DNA of 64,000 bases from Candidatus Thorarchaeota archaeon (GCA_046482545.1 JAWOEX010000032.1:193903-257902), one strand, 5' to 3'; shown: positions 1 to 10,042, numbered from the stretch's first letter. The notes: generated by a model from the sequence alone, not told the origin. A program made the numbers and translations.

Positions 1-2
1 TG

Positions 3-611
3 ACTGCGTTCGAGAGTGTGCTTGAAGGTGACGAGTGGAAATCCACGGATTTCTCCCCATTTCAAGCTGGTTTCAGGAATATCGTAGGTCGTATACCTGC
101 CAAAGTGTGTTTGGCCGGCCATGGTGGTACTGGAAAAACAACTCTTCTTGAGCTTGCTACCCTCCCCTCACGCGGACCTCCACAGGACTACGTACCAACA
201 TTTTTCGGCGATAAAGCCCTTCTAAAGGCCGATTTTGATCCTTATGTGTTCAGTGTGTTTGATCTTGGAGGACAGGACAGATTTGTCCAAGAATGGGGAA
301 AAATAATCCGGGCTGGTAGCATGGTCGTATTGGTTACGGATTCAACTCCCGATAATATGAAATGGACAATGCGAGTAGCATTTCCCGTATTGAAGAACGA
401 GTTGCCTTATGCACGCATGATTGCAATAGCAAACAAGCAGGATTTGAAGGGAGCTCTCTCTCCCCAAGAAGTATCACGGAGACTAGGTGTTCCGGCTTAC
501 GGAATGCAAGCAAATCAACGCGATTTCAGGCAAAGATGGCTTTCTCTTCTCAAGAGTCTTGCCTTTGAAGAGATTGACTTTGCAATAGTTTCGGATGTTA
601 TAACCGAGTAG
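3..611 (+). CDS. Small GTPase, Arf/Rab-like (5'-partial; frame open to window edge)
   Basis: G1 GHGGTGKT, G2 YVPT, G3 DLGGQ, G4 NKQD; no in-frame stop upstream of the annotated GTG at 18. Confidence 0.9.
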   Translation, partial: TAFESVLEGDEWKSTDFSPFQAGFRNIVGRIPAKVCLAGHGGTGKTTLLELATLPSRGPPQDYVPTFFGDKALLKADFDPYVFSVFDLGGQDRFVQEWGKIIRAGSMVVLVTDSTPDNMKWTMRVAFPVLKNELPYARMIAIANKQDLKGALSPQEVSRRLGVPAYGMQANQRDFRQRWLSLLKSLAFEEIDFAIVSDVITE

Positions 612-625
612 GAGACTAGGAAAAC

Positions 626-1183
626 ATGAGCAAGAAAATGAAAAGTGTCATTGATGAAGAAGAGCGCAAGAGGCTAATTGAAGAGATTGGCCGAATGAAA
701 GACACTCTTGATAGCTTCAAGTATGGATTGAACTTTGAAGATTTTGCTGATCAGATTTTCAAAACTGTAAATCGCCAGACAGCAGCCATCAATACACTGG
801 ACCGACGCATGAACGAGATTCTTACAAGGATGGAAAGACTGGAAGAGCGATTTGATGAAGGAATACGCGTTACTGTCTCAGGTGTGTCTGAGGACGAGAT
901 TGGGGATACTGGGGGGAGACCAGAGGTGAAAGTCGAGAAGACTATGACAACAACCTCTCAGGAGGAACCAGAAATCGAGGGGTCTGATGCCGAGCTGAAA
1001 CAGAAGGCAAAAAAGATTGAGACAAAAATTAATCGCCTTTTTGAAAGAGAAAATGCTCTCTCTGAGATGGCTATGAATGATCCAGCTGGTGCTGAGGAAT
1101 ATGAAAAGAAAGCAAGAGTAGCTCGGCAGATGCGCCAAGATTTGGAAGAGAAACTTGATGTAATCAAACAGAAATTAGAATAG
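626..1183 (+). CDS. Hypothetical coiled-coil/helical protein
   Basis: 185-aa E/K/R-rich ORF with heptad segments, GGAG-like RBS, 14 bp after GTPase. Confidence 0.75.
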   Translation: MSKKMKSVIDEEERKRLIEEIGRMKDTLDSFKYGLNFEDFADQIFKTVNRQTAAINTLDRRMNEILTRMERLEERFDEGIRVTVSGVSEDEIGDTGGRPEVKVEKTMTTTSQEEPEIEGSDAELKQKAKKIETKINRLFERENALSEMAMNDPAGAEEYEKKARVARQMRQDLEEKLDVIKQKLE

Positions 1184-1187
1184 TGTA

Positions 1188-1601
1188 ATGGCGGAGATAA
1201 GAATGGGGATTCTTGATTGGTTGAAACGCAAACTCAAGAGAACGGAAAAGAAACCGGAGAAAGGAGAAATACGGAAGAAATCTAAAACAGCTAAGCCAGA
1301 GAAGGTTGAATCCAAAAAAACAGCTACGGATTTTCCCTCTTCGACAGAGGGTGTCTCTGTGGAAAGGCGGGAACAAGTGGGGTCATTAGTTGTTGAATAT
1401 GAGCGCTTGGTTGAGCGACGTCAGCAACTGCAGGCTGAGCGCGGAGAACTAACAGAGAAGCTCGAGCGTGGTGAGCTTTCGTCTACCGAATTTAGGAAAG
1501 CATTGATGTCCAAGATTCAGGAGGCCTCGACCGTCTCAGACAAGATAAAGAAGACTTCATCAAAACTAACAGAACTCGGTTATCGTGGAGTGCTGCGCTG
1601 A
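1188..1601 (+). CDS. Hypothetical protein: N-terminal amphipathic helix plus helical hairpin
   Basis: MGILDWLKRKLKR start, K/E linker, hairpin with LERGELSSTEF turn; operonic spacing. Confidence 0.7.
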   Translation: MAEIRMGILDWLKRKLKRTEKKPEKGEIRKKSKTAKPEKVESKKTATDFPSSTEGVSVERREQVGSLVVEYERLVERRQQLQAERGELTEKLERGELSSTEFRKALMSKIQEASTVSDKIKKTSSKLTELGYRGVLR

Positions 1602-1614
1602 GGGGTGACAGGAA

Positions 1615-3069
1615 TTGGCTGATCGCGATGATGAATCCCCAGAAGACTCGGCAGAAGAAATCGAGAAGAAAACTACGGAACTATTGAAGGGAGCGACGGG
1701 AGAATCCACTTCTTCGAGTGATGAGCGAGATGCAAAACAAACCTTTTCTACTGAGGAAATCTCGCAGGCGACAGATGAATCAGCTGCAGGCCAAGTCGGA
1801 GAAACTTTCGCGCGTATCCAGATTCGTATGGAGGACATACTCGCCTCTGTTGAAGATGCTGCCCAGTCAGTTGAACCTAGTATTGATGAGAAAGTTAGCG
1901 AAGTCCTAGAGATACTTAGCAAGCGTCTAAGGGGCGCAGGATTGGGTGTTTTTGCTACGAGTGCTGTAAGCATAGTCCGCGAAGAAGTTGAGAAAGGATT
2001 GTCGGGATCAGCCACTATGAATCCCATCTACCGTTCGGTTAGCGAAGGGAAGAGCGAGGTCAGGGATATTGTAACGAAAGCGAGCCGTGGAGCGACTCGT
2101 GCTATTGGTCGTTCTACAGGAGAGCTGCAGGGGAAGCTCTTCCAGATGTACACACGAGTTCAAGAGTTAGAAACGAATACTGAAGACTTGAGGGCCCAGA
2201 TTAGGAGATGGAGATCTCGCGCCAATGAATTAGAAGATTTGGCCCAATCAAAAGACGAGTCTCTTAGCCGGTACGAATTGCGCGTTTCTCAGATGAAAGA
2301 GGATCAGGCTGAACTGAATACCAAGCTAGAAGAGAAGGACCAAGAGATTTCTACGTTACGCGGACAGCTCAGTGAGGCGAAATCTCAGATTGAACAGAAA
2401 GACGCCCTTATTGCATCCCTAGATTCCGCGGAAGAGATGGTTGAAGACTATGAAGAGAAAATGAACGAGTTATCAACGATTAAAGGTCAGCTAGCTGAAT
2501 ACGAAGAGACACTTTCTCAGAAGGAAGAACGGATTGAGACTCTTGAGACAGAATTGACAGGTCTTAGAGAAGAAAACGCCAGACTCAATAATACAGTAGA
2601 GAATCTCAGTGAAGAAATCGCCTCTGTGCGTGGCAAGTCAAAAAGCCGGAAATCAGAAGTCGAATCTCTACAAGAACAACTTGAAGAACTCAGGGCTCGC
2701 TGGGAAATGCTCTATCAAGTAGCAGAAGAGGAACCTGACTTCAAAGCCTATTTCCTCATAGCTGACAAGGAGCACACCTGGTTACCCTTGACACATCTAT
2801 CGAAAGCCTTAGGTATTCCCACAGTCAAGCTTCGCCGTGATTTGCAGCGATTTGTCAATGTGGGCCTAATTGAACTGGAAGGGAATAAAGTCAGACCTCG
2901 CAAACTTTCAGAAGTCGCTGAGGAAATTGCTGGAACCAAGAAGAAGGTATTCGAAGACACACAGGAATCCATTATTGGAGATATTTCAGAAGCCAACGAA
3001 GACGAAAATAGCGACGAATCTGTATCATCTAGTAAAGAAGTCACAAGTGACCACACTGAATCATCTTAA
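1615..3069 (+). CDS. Long coiled-coil protein with C-terminal winged-helix domain
   Basis: About 200 aa of heptad repeats followed by LPLTHLSKALGIPTVKLRRDLQRFVNVGLIELEGNKV (wHTH pattern) and an acidic tail. Confidence 0.75.
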   Translation: MADRDDESPEDSAEEIEKKTTELLKGATGESTSSSDERDAKQTFSTEEISQATDESAAGQVGETFARIQIRMEDILASVEDAAQSVEPSIDEKVSEVLEILSKRLRGAGLGVFATSAVSIVREEVEKGLSGSATMNPIYRSVSEGKSEVRDIVTKASRGATRAIGRSTGELQGKLFQMYTRVQELETNTEDLRAQIRRWRSRANELEDLAQSKDESLSRYELRVSQMKEDQAELNTKLEEKDQEISTLRGQLSEAKSQIEQKDALIASLDSAEEMVEDYEEKMNELSTIKGQLAEYEETLSQKEERIETLETELTGLREENARLNNTVENLSEEIASVRGKSKSRKSEVESLQEQLEELRARWEMLYQVAEEEPDFKAYFLIADKEHTWLPLTHLSKALGIPTVKLRRDLQRFVNVGLIELEGNKVRPRKLSEVAEEIAGTKKKVFEDTQESIIGDISEANEDENSDESVSSSKEVTSDHTESS

Positions 3070-3071
3070 CA

Positions 3072-3431
3072 TTGGAGGTGACATCTGATTTGGCCCGAAC
3101 ACTTGAAGAAGTAATGAGATTCCTACAGAATTATACGGTGGCATGGCACCACTGGCTGATACTGCTGTCCCTTCTGAAAACAGGGGGATCAGCTACAAAG
3201 AAACAGATCTTTCCCGTATTCAAGAAGGAGGGGTTTTCTACTCATGCAATCGAAGGCATATTCGAACGAGACTTGGAAGACCTTGGTGAGGCGGTCGAAG
3301 TTCAAGGCGGCATCGATGAGCTCTGCGATAGTAGTATGATTTACCTTACAAATGATAAGAAATTCAGGACTTTCCTCAAGAAGAATCTCAAAACAGTTGT
3401 AAGAATGCTTAAGCAAAGAAAAACGAAATAG
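3072..3431 (+). CDS. Hypothetical protein, possible winged-helix fold
   Basis: 119-aa ORF 2 bp after upstream gene; ILLSLLKTGGSATKKQI resembles a wHTH start. Confidence 0.65.
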   Translation: MEVTSDLARTLEEVMRFLQNYTVAWHHWLILLSLLKTGGSATKKQIFPVFKKEGFSTHAIEGIFERDLEDLGEAVEVQGGIDELCDSSMIYLTNDKKFRTFLKKNLKTVVRMLKQRKTK

Positions 3432-3477
3432 AGAATAGAGCAGTTGTTACACTGCTGCAAACAAGGGGATTGGAAAA

Positions 3478-3798
3478 TTGAGAATTAAGGGGTCAATATG
3501 TCCAACTTGCGATTATGCGGTGGTTCCCCCTCGTCGTATATGCCCAAAGTGTGGGATAGGAAATACTCAGATGAACCAAGCATCTTTTTCAAATATAGGA
3601 ACTATCGAGTCCTTTACGATGTCGAGAATGCCCCCTGATGGTTTTGGTGATGCGCTGTTTCTTGCGCTCGTAAGACTCAAGGAGGGCCCATTGGTACTAT
3701 GTTCAGCGAGTAGTGATTACTCGGATCATATTGAGATCGGTTCTAAAGTAAGGGTTGAGAAGAACAAGGAAGGACTCTTAACCTTCCGTCCAACCTAA
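3478..3798 (+). CDS. DUF35 family Zn-ribbon/OB-fold protein
   Basis: CPTC...PPRRICPKC, G.I.SFT, ALVRL.EG, IG.KV; adjacent to acyl-CoA dehydrogenase. Confidence 0.85.
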   Translation: MRIKGSICPTCDYAVVPPRRICPKCGIGNTQMNQASFSNIGTIESFTMSRMPPDGFGDALFLALVRLKEGPLVLCSASSDYSDHIEIGSKVRVEKNKEGLLTFRPT

Positions 3799-3894
3799 GT
3801 TAGCCCTCATTCATGCCCCTCATCATTCCATAAACCCCCCATTCCCAGTTATTGATTTAAGGCACCACTTCTTTTTCAGACACGGTTATGCAAA

Positions 3895-5064
3895 ATGGGT
3901 ATCCATCTTAGCAATGTACTCTGGACGGAGGACGAACGTGATTTTCGACAAGAAGTAAGAAGCTTCTGTGAGAGAGAAATATCTCCGCGAGCAGATGAAC
4001 TTGATGAAGGACCCTTTCCCAATGACTTGATACACAAACTGGGGAAAAGGGGATACATGGGCGTTCACCACGCAGAAGAGGTTGGCGGTACGGACAAGGG
4101 GCTTTCGTATGAGGTTATCGTTGCTGAGGAGATTTCAGCAGCGAACGCAGGCGTAGATATGGCGCGCATGGCTTCTACCACCTTGTATGGCATGCCTATA
4201 GCTCGCTTTGGAACCGAAGAGCAGAAAAAGAAGTACTTAGTACCGGTTGTCGCTGGCAAGAAGATTGGATGTATAGGAATTACAGAACCAAATGTCGGCT
4301 CTGACGCTGCTGGTATGGAAACGCAGGCAGAGAAAGATGGTGATGAATGGATTATCAACGGGGAAAAGCGGTACATCACAAATGGCAGTCAGGCCGATTA
4401 CATGTGTTGTTTCGCTATAACGGATCCCTCGGTTCATCCTAAGAAGGGAATGTCAGCTTTTATTGTGGATACTTCGACTGAAGGTTTTGAGGTAGTTAGT
4501 GATCACGATCTTATGGGTATGAAATCTGCCAGGGTCTCTCACCTGAAGCTAGATAATGTCAGAGTGGAACCTGGCTTGATGTTGGGTGAACCTGGGCAAG
4601 GATTCACCATCCTCATGGACGAGTTGGATAGTGAGCGTACAGCTATTGCCGGTGAAGCTATCGGTTATGGAAGAACACCGTACGAGGTCGCAGTCAGATA
4701 CTCCGATGAGCGAGAGCAGTTCGGGAGGAAGATTAGACAGTTTGAGGGAGTCAGTTTCAAGATTGCTGACATGGCAATGAAGCTTGAAGCAGGCAGGGCT
4801 TTGACCCTGACCGCTGCGCGAATGTACGACCAAGGTATGAAGATTACAAAGGAGGCAGCCATAGCGAAACTGTATACTACGGAGGCTGCAATAGAGATAA
4901 CCAATACTGCCCTACAGGTCTTGGGAGGAGCAGGGTACACCACGGATTATCCTGTGGAGCGGTTCCTAAGAGACGCTAGGCTTATGACAATAGGCGGTGG
5001 CACTGCGGAAATCTTGCGTTTTCTGATACAGCGAGAGGTTTACAGGGAGATTCTTGATGAGTAG
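3895..5064 (+). CDS. Acyl-CoA dehydrogenase
   Basis: ITEPNVGSD, INGEKRYITNG, R.QFGR.I..F, LGGAGY....PVER.LRDAR...IGGGT. Confidence 0.95.
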   Translation: MGIHLSNVLWTEDERDFRQEVRSFCEREISPRADELDEGPFPNDLIHKLGKRGYMGVHHAEEVGGTDKGLSYEVIVAEEISAANAGVDMARMASTTLYGMPIARFGTEEQKKKYLVPVVAGKKIGCIGITEPNVGSDAAGMETQAEKDGDEWIINGEKRYITNGSQADYMCCFAITDPSVHPKKGMSAFIVDTSTEGFEVVSDHDLMGMKSARVSHLKLDNVRVEPGLMLGEPGQGFTILMDELDSERTAIAGEAIGYGRTPYEVAVRYSDEREQFGRKIRQFEGVSFKIADMAMKLEAGRALTLTAARMYDQGMKITKEAAIAKLYTTEAAIEITNTALQVLGGAGYTTDYPVERFLRDARLMTIGGGTAEILRFLIQREVYREILDE

Positions 5065-5139
5065 ATTGAGCTCCCCCACCTGCTAACAACGATAAAGGTA
5101 TTTGAGGATGAGCTGATACTCTGTGATGATTCTGAGAGA

Positions 5140-5706
5140 ATGGAGAAGAAATCGATGGTAAAGATAGAGTACATAATGGTTTACACTCGGGCAGGGTTAC
5201 CAATCTACAGTAAGTGTTTCGGCAGTTTCTGTAAGACATCCATGAAGGACCCAGAGCTTTTGACTGGTTTCCTATCAGCATTAGAGACAATTCCAACCAC
5301 CATATCCGAAGATTTGACCCTAGATGCTGTAAAGATGGGGCCCACAGATATGCGCTTCACAAAAACCACTCCCGAAGGTCATTCTATAGTTGTTGGCTTG
5401 TCCAAGGACAGAGAGGATGTTGCCCAAAGTGTTTTCGATGCTGTCCAGGAGACCTTGCATCAAGAGCAATTCGCAGATGTTGATTGGACTGCCGTAACTC
5501 GAGGCAATATGAATAGATTTGAAGAAGAGCTTGTGAGATCAAGAATACCGGAAGCGATGCACGAATACGGCGGCTTTGAAGATAAGTGCCCCCTTGAGGA
5601 TCAGTGTCCCATGCATACCAATGCTAAAATGTCTCGTAAACAGAGAATTTGGGGTGCTATCAAGGATAAATATCAGGCGCTGAAGAAAAGAATGGCCGGC
5701 GAGTAA
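5140..5706 (+). CDS. Longin-like domain protein with Cys/His-containing tail
   Basis: IEYIMVYTRAGLPIYS...DPELLTGFLSAL is the typical longin beta1-beta2-alpha1 pattern. Confidence 0.65.
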   Translation: MEKKSMVKIEYIMVYTRAGLPIYSKCFGSFCKTSMKDPELLTGFLSALETIPTTISEDLTLDAVKMGPTDMRFTKTTPEGHSIVVGLSKDREDVAQSVFDAVQETLHQEQFADVDWTAVTRGNMNRFEEELVRSRIPEAMHEYGGFEDKCPLEDQCPMHTNAKMSRKQRIWGAIKDKYQALKKRMAGE

Positions 5707-5724
5707 CCGGCCCTCTAATCTTCT

Positions 5725-7497
5725 CTACTCTACAGAGAATGCAGTAATTCGATACTGCTCTCCAACGATATTGATGGTCGCTACAAAGGAGTCACCCACA
5801 TCGGCATTGAGCAAAGCATACCACGAGTCCAGGTCCATCCAGTCTTTCGTCCCCTCTATCCATGCATATGTCGAATTGCTTGTACCGAGTACAATATGTG
5901 TATCGCCATCTTGGACGTATTCTGTCTTGTTCACCACAGAGGCTGTCAAGTTGAATATCCCTAGTGATTCTTCTTCGACGGATCCTCCCATGACCTCGAT
6001 ATAGCCTTCCCTTGCCGCTCTAACTAATCCTTCTCCTATTGTTGACCCCCCTGAGTGATGAAGGTATGACTTGGTTTCTTCCGCCGCATCAACCAACGCC
6101 AATGCCTGGAGTCTGATATCAGAAATCTCCCATTCGTCATCATCATAATATCCATCCGCCCAGTAGATTGGGCAATACCAAGCATATCGGGTTTCAGTTT
6201 CATTGATTTCAACCGGATATATCAGAGGCATGGCACCGAAATAATTCCCTGATGATACCTCCGGCAGGCTTTTGATGATTTCATTAACCGCTGCTACTCC
6301 GCTTATGAAACTCTCTTCACGCAAATCGTGCAGAACGATTCCATCAGATGTTGCTCTGAATACACCACTCAAAGTAAGATCAGAGGCACTCGGTGGATTT
6401 ACCGCTACAAAGCCTTCTACTCTACTCGTAGAAGGGTTGACTATATAGCGTGTATCTTCTGTCATTTCCAGCCTATCATTTGACGGTGGTATAGTCCAGA
6501 GGAATCCACCTGCAAACAAATCAAAACCCTCTCCTCGTCTGTAACCTCCCCATCTACCTATCTGTCTCTCAAGCCACTCTTCACTATAAGCTTGGGTGAT
6601 CCAGTCGGGGGTTTCTTCAACCGATGGGTAAGAGACTACTGTACCATTTTCAAAGTAGAGCTTGGGACCCAAGGGTCGTTCCACGAAGTCCCATCCGAGT
6701 ACTGTTCTTGTCTGAATGTACACAAGATCACCGTTCGGCGACCACGTTGGATAGGAGTATTCGAAAGCCTGTGTCATATCGTTAAGATAGTTACCGAATC
6801 GAATAGCCTTGTCCCAGAACAATCCCTCTCCCACAGGAAGGGTGACATCAGTAATAACTTCAACTTCGGATGGGTTGTTGGCATCAACCACTATAAGTGC
6901 CTTAATCTGGTTCTCGGCCAAGACATTCGTAGGAACAACCACGCATACCCATACCAAACGCCCGTCTTTAGTCGTGATATGGGATGCTGAGATCTCAACC
7001 TCTGAACCAATTGTAGCTAGATATTGACTTGCCACAAATCTTGCATATTGGCTTGTCACAAGGCGGACCATGTTATCTGGTATGGGGTCTGAAAACAGGG
7101 GCTCGTCAGTCTCGACAATCAACTCATTGAAGGATTTCGCGTTGGACACATCTGAAGTCCATGAGATGGCTCCAGCAAATGCTGGAGTGACCATGAGAAA
7201 GATGAATGAAGCACAGATGATGGGAGACCTACCCTGTTCAATCATGTACTTGATGTTTTGAGGGCGGAGACCGCTGGAAACCAAGAAGAGAAGGCTAATA
7301 CTTGGAATAAGAAACAGCACTGCCCAAGGTAAGATAAGTTGCAGGAATAAAGTGGCTATTATCCACGCAAAGAAGCCCCATATAACCCGGAGCGGGAGCC
7401 ATCGTATTAGCATACGGAATTGGAACATCTGTCTGCTAAGTGATAGCGGAATTGCATGGACGATTATTGAAATCAGCAAAAAGACCATAATGTTCAT
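5725..7497 (-). CDS. Membrane-anchored hypothetical protein with large beta-rich extracellular domain
   Basis: 590 aa; 3-4 N-terminal hydrophobic segments, then an acidic beta-rich soluble region. Confidence 0.75.
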   Translation of the reverse strand: MNIMVFLLISIIVHAIPLSLSRQMFQFRMLIRWLPLRVIWGFFAWIIATLFLQLILPWAVLFLIPSISLLFLVSSGLRPQNIKYMIEQGRSPIICASFIFLMVTPAFAGAISWTSDVSNAKSFNELIVETDEPLFSDPIPDNMVRLVTSQYARFVASQYLATIGSEVEISASHITTKDGRLVWVCVVVPTNVLAENQIKALIVVDANNPSEVEVITDVTLPVGEGLFWDKAIRFGNYLNDMTQAFEYSYPTWSPNGDLVYIQTRTVLGWDFVERPLGPKLYFENGTVVSYPSVEETPDWITQAYSEEWLERQIGRWGGYRRGEGFDLFAGGFLWTIPPSNDRLEMTEDTRYIVNPSTSRVEGFVAVNPPSASDLTLSGVFRATSDGIVLHDLREESFISGVAAVNEIIKSLPEVSSGNYFGAMPLIYPVEINETETRYAWYCPIYWADGYYDDDEWEISDIRLQALALVDAAEETKSYLHHSGGSTIGEGLVRAAREGYIEVMGGSVEEESLGIFNLTASVVNKTEYVQDGDTHIVLGTSNSTYAWIEGTKDWMDLDSWYALLNADVGDSFVATINIVGEQYRITAFSVE

Positions 7498-7588
7498 GAA
7501 AGTGTCGCCTCAGTGACGCTCTTTTCCTGAGATAGCAATATATCTGCTTATAGTATTTTCTTGGCAAGTTAACACTGATACTCAGAAT

Positions 7589-7933
7589 TCAGTAGTTGCC
7601 AAGCCATCCCAAATCATTGTCCCTATCATCCAAAAGATTGACCAAGGTATCGATTCTTTTCCCGTCTACGTACCGGTTCTTGCATCGAATTGTAAATGCT
7701 CTCTCACATTTCTTGCATTTGACAAGCCAATCTTCTACCACTATCTCAATATTGCTGCCAGTGATATCTTCTGGCTCCTTGCTCACTTCTAGCAATTCGA
7801 GTTCGTCTCCATTACAGGCATAGGTGCATTCTTTGAGCGGGATAGCTTCCATACCCCGACGACCTAACGGTACGAATACTTCATCAGGAAGCTCATCTAG
7901 AGAGCGATCTTCTTCACCCATATGTACAACCAC
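7589..7933 (-). CDS. Small Zn-ribbon-like hypothetical protein
   Basis: CxxxC and CxxC pairs in a 114-aa acidic ORF. Confidence 0.7.
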   Translation of the reverse strand: MVVHMGEEDRSLDELPDEVFVPLGRRGMEAIPLKECTYACNGDELELLEVSKEPEDITGSNIEIVVEDWLVKCKKCERAFTIRCKNRYVDGKRIDTLVNLLDDRDNDLGWLGNY

Positions 7934-7985
7934 TTGCGGTAATTCACCAGTACGGATAAATGAACTGGTCGGTACTCACTGATAC

Positions 7986-8903
7986 ATGCGACTCATGAGT
8001 TACTCCCTTAATGGTGTGTCTTCTATAGGACTGGAATTAAATGCGGGCATTCTCAATTTACCTGAAATCGCTTCCAGATTTGGCAGAGAGTATCAGCTTA
8101 CCGAAAAAGGCTTCCCGCGTGATATGATGAAACTTCTTCAGTCGGAATCCGGAATAGATATGGCTGACGAACTAGAGAAGAAATACAATGAACTCTCTGA
8201 AGACGAGAAACTCAATCTGATTTCTCGAGACCACATCAATTACGAGGCTCCGATTCATCGACCAGGAAAGATTGTTGCCCTTGGTCTCAACTACAAGGAT
8301 CATATTCGGGAGACAGGAAGGCAGGTTCCAGACTTCCCGGTAATATTCGCCAAATTTCCGTCTAGTGTTGTGAATCCGAACGAGGAGATTCCTATACCTC
8401 AAGTGACAGATCAGCTGGATTGGGAGGTTGAGCTGGGGGTAATAATTGGTAAGAACTGCAAAAATGTGACCGAAGATAATGCATTGGACTATGTTGCTGG
8501 ATATACGATAATCAACGATCTTAGTGCACGCGACCTACAGCATGATGACGGACAATGGGTTCGCGGAAAATCCTTGGATGGTCTCTGTCCGATGGGGCCA
8601 TGCATTGTCACAGTGGATGAACTTGGTTCAGCTGATGACCTTAAGATGTATACCAAGGTCAATGGTGTGACTAAGCAAGATTCAACAACTGGTAACTTAT
8701 TATTTGGAGTTCAAGAGATTGTATCATACTTATCGAAATCCTTCACTCTTGAGCCCGGAGATGTAATTGCCACCGGAACACCTTCCGGCGTGGGCTTCGC
8801 AAGGGACCCGCCTGAATTCCTAAATCCAGGAGATGAAATGGAGCTCTACATCGAAGGCATTGGCACACTCACAAACAAGATAGTTGAGAAGGAAGAGACG
8901 TGA
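7986..8903 (+). CDS. Fumarylacetoacetate hydrolase (FAH) family protein
   Basis: KIVALGLNY..H, DWEVEL, NDLSARD.Q, W..GKS, GDVIATGTP.GVG. Confidence 0.95.
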   Translation: MRLMSYSLNGVSSIGLELNAGILNLPEIASRFGREYQLTEKGFPRDMMKLLQSESGIDMADELEKKYNELSEDEKLNLISRDHINYEAPIHRPGKIVALGLNYKDHIRETGRQVPDFPVIFAKFPSSVVNPNEEIPIPQVTDQLDWEVELGVIIGKNCKNVTEDNALDYVAGYTIINDLSARDLQHDDGQWVRGKSLDGLCPMGPCIVTVDELGSADDLKMYTKVNGVTKQDSTTGNLLFGVQEIVSYLSKSFTLEPGDVIATGTPSGVGFARDPPEFLNPGDEMELYIEGIGTLTNKIVEKEET

Positions 8904-8977
8904 GAATTCAGCTGCAGTAGATGATGAACTACAGGGTGCCACTGCTCTCTACTCTCATTGTTTCGAGAATAGGCAAG

Positions 8978-9028
8978 TTTTACAAAAATCCTAAAAAGTC
9001 AGAGTGGAAAAGTGTAAAATATCTGCAA
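8978..9028 (+). repeat. Isolated left-end motif of the dispersed IS-like repeat (copy D)
   Basis: TTTTACAAAAATCCTAAAAAGTCAGAGTGGAAAAGTGTAAAATATCTGCAA closely matches 10074-10123 and 17024-17074. Confidence 0.75.
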
Positions 9029-9565
9029 AACACTACATTGACACGCCCAAGAACGCGAATTAGTGGCCAAGACATTTCTTGGTCACTTCGTTCTCCTTTT
9101 TTCTAATTCAGCCAGAACTTGAAATGAGTATGTATCTTGCAGGATTAGTTTTCCAAATCCTTATCACGTTTGTAACGCATATGATGAAGCATGGATACTG
9201 CTGATCGAGACACAAGCTTCGACGATGTTCTAGCTGAGGCTGCGAAAACAGGAACGAGACTGCGGTTTTACAGTCACAGTATGGCCATACTTGCCAAAGG
9301 TCTTGTTGCATTCATTGGCAAGAATAGGAATAAAACATAAAGAAAAGGGACCCCCATTTGAGTTTCTGCGCAAGGATTGCATAGTCAAAATCCAAATGCT
9401 AGGTGAGCAAGAAGTCATTTGCTGAAAGCCGTACGGTTGAATCGACTAACGCGAAACAAGAAGATATTCCTGCGCTTCAACTCCTATCCATTGACGCTAT
9501 TCCTATTCCTACATTCTTATGTATTGCAAAAATACCAAATGCACTATCGCACCCTCGGTGACATT

Positions 9566-9994
9566 ATGGATATGACCATTCTCAGAGAACTGCTTGATAA
9601 GCTGCATATTGGAATCGTGCTTGTGGGTAATGATGATAAGATTCTCGCTTTCAACAAGATGGCAGGAGAGATGCTACAGCAAGATCCTGAGGATAGAATT
9701 GGAACCTCTATCTTCAGATGTCATGGTGAACCCTCAGAAGAACCAGTAAGAAAGATGCTAAATGATATGAGAAATGGGAGGATGGAAAGCTATGAGGGGT
9801 GGGTCAATTTCCAAGGAAGAATACTGTTTGAGTACATTTATCCACTACCGGGTCCGGATGGTGAATGTCATCTCGTTGTCGAAGAACTCCACGATGCTGC
9901 GGAAAAAGTGGAGTATCTCAAGAGCATAGGAGAATGGGAATTAATTCATGTATCAGGAGTAGGCGAAAAAGCCCCTAGGCCCCCAGAAAGATGA
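9566..9994 (+). CDS. Stand-alone PAS domain protein
   Basis: ILRELLDKLHIGIVLV...ILAFNKMA..ML......IG.SI..CH PAS pattern; ATG at 9566 preceded by GGTGA. Confidence 0.8.
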   Translation: MDMTILRELLDKLHIGIVLVGNDDKILAFNKMAGEMLQQDPEDRIGTSIFRCHGEPSEEPVRKMLNDMRNGRMESYEGWVNFQGRILFEYIYPLPGPDGECHLVVEELHDAAEKVEYLKSIGEWELIHVSGVGEKAPRPPER

Positions 9995-10042
9995 ATTTTT
10001 TTCCAAGAATCATAAGAAAGGATGTTGAACTGTCATTGACAA

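Noticed and set aside
9419-9565. N-terminal extension of the PAS ORF
   Set aside because: Non-protein-like composition; a better ATG with RBS lies at 9566
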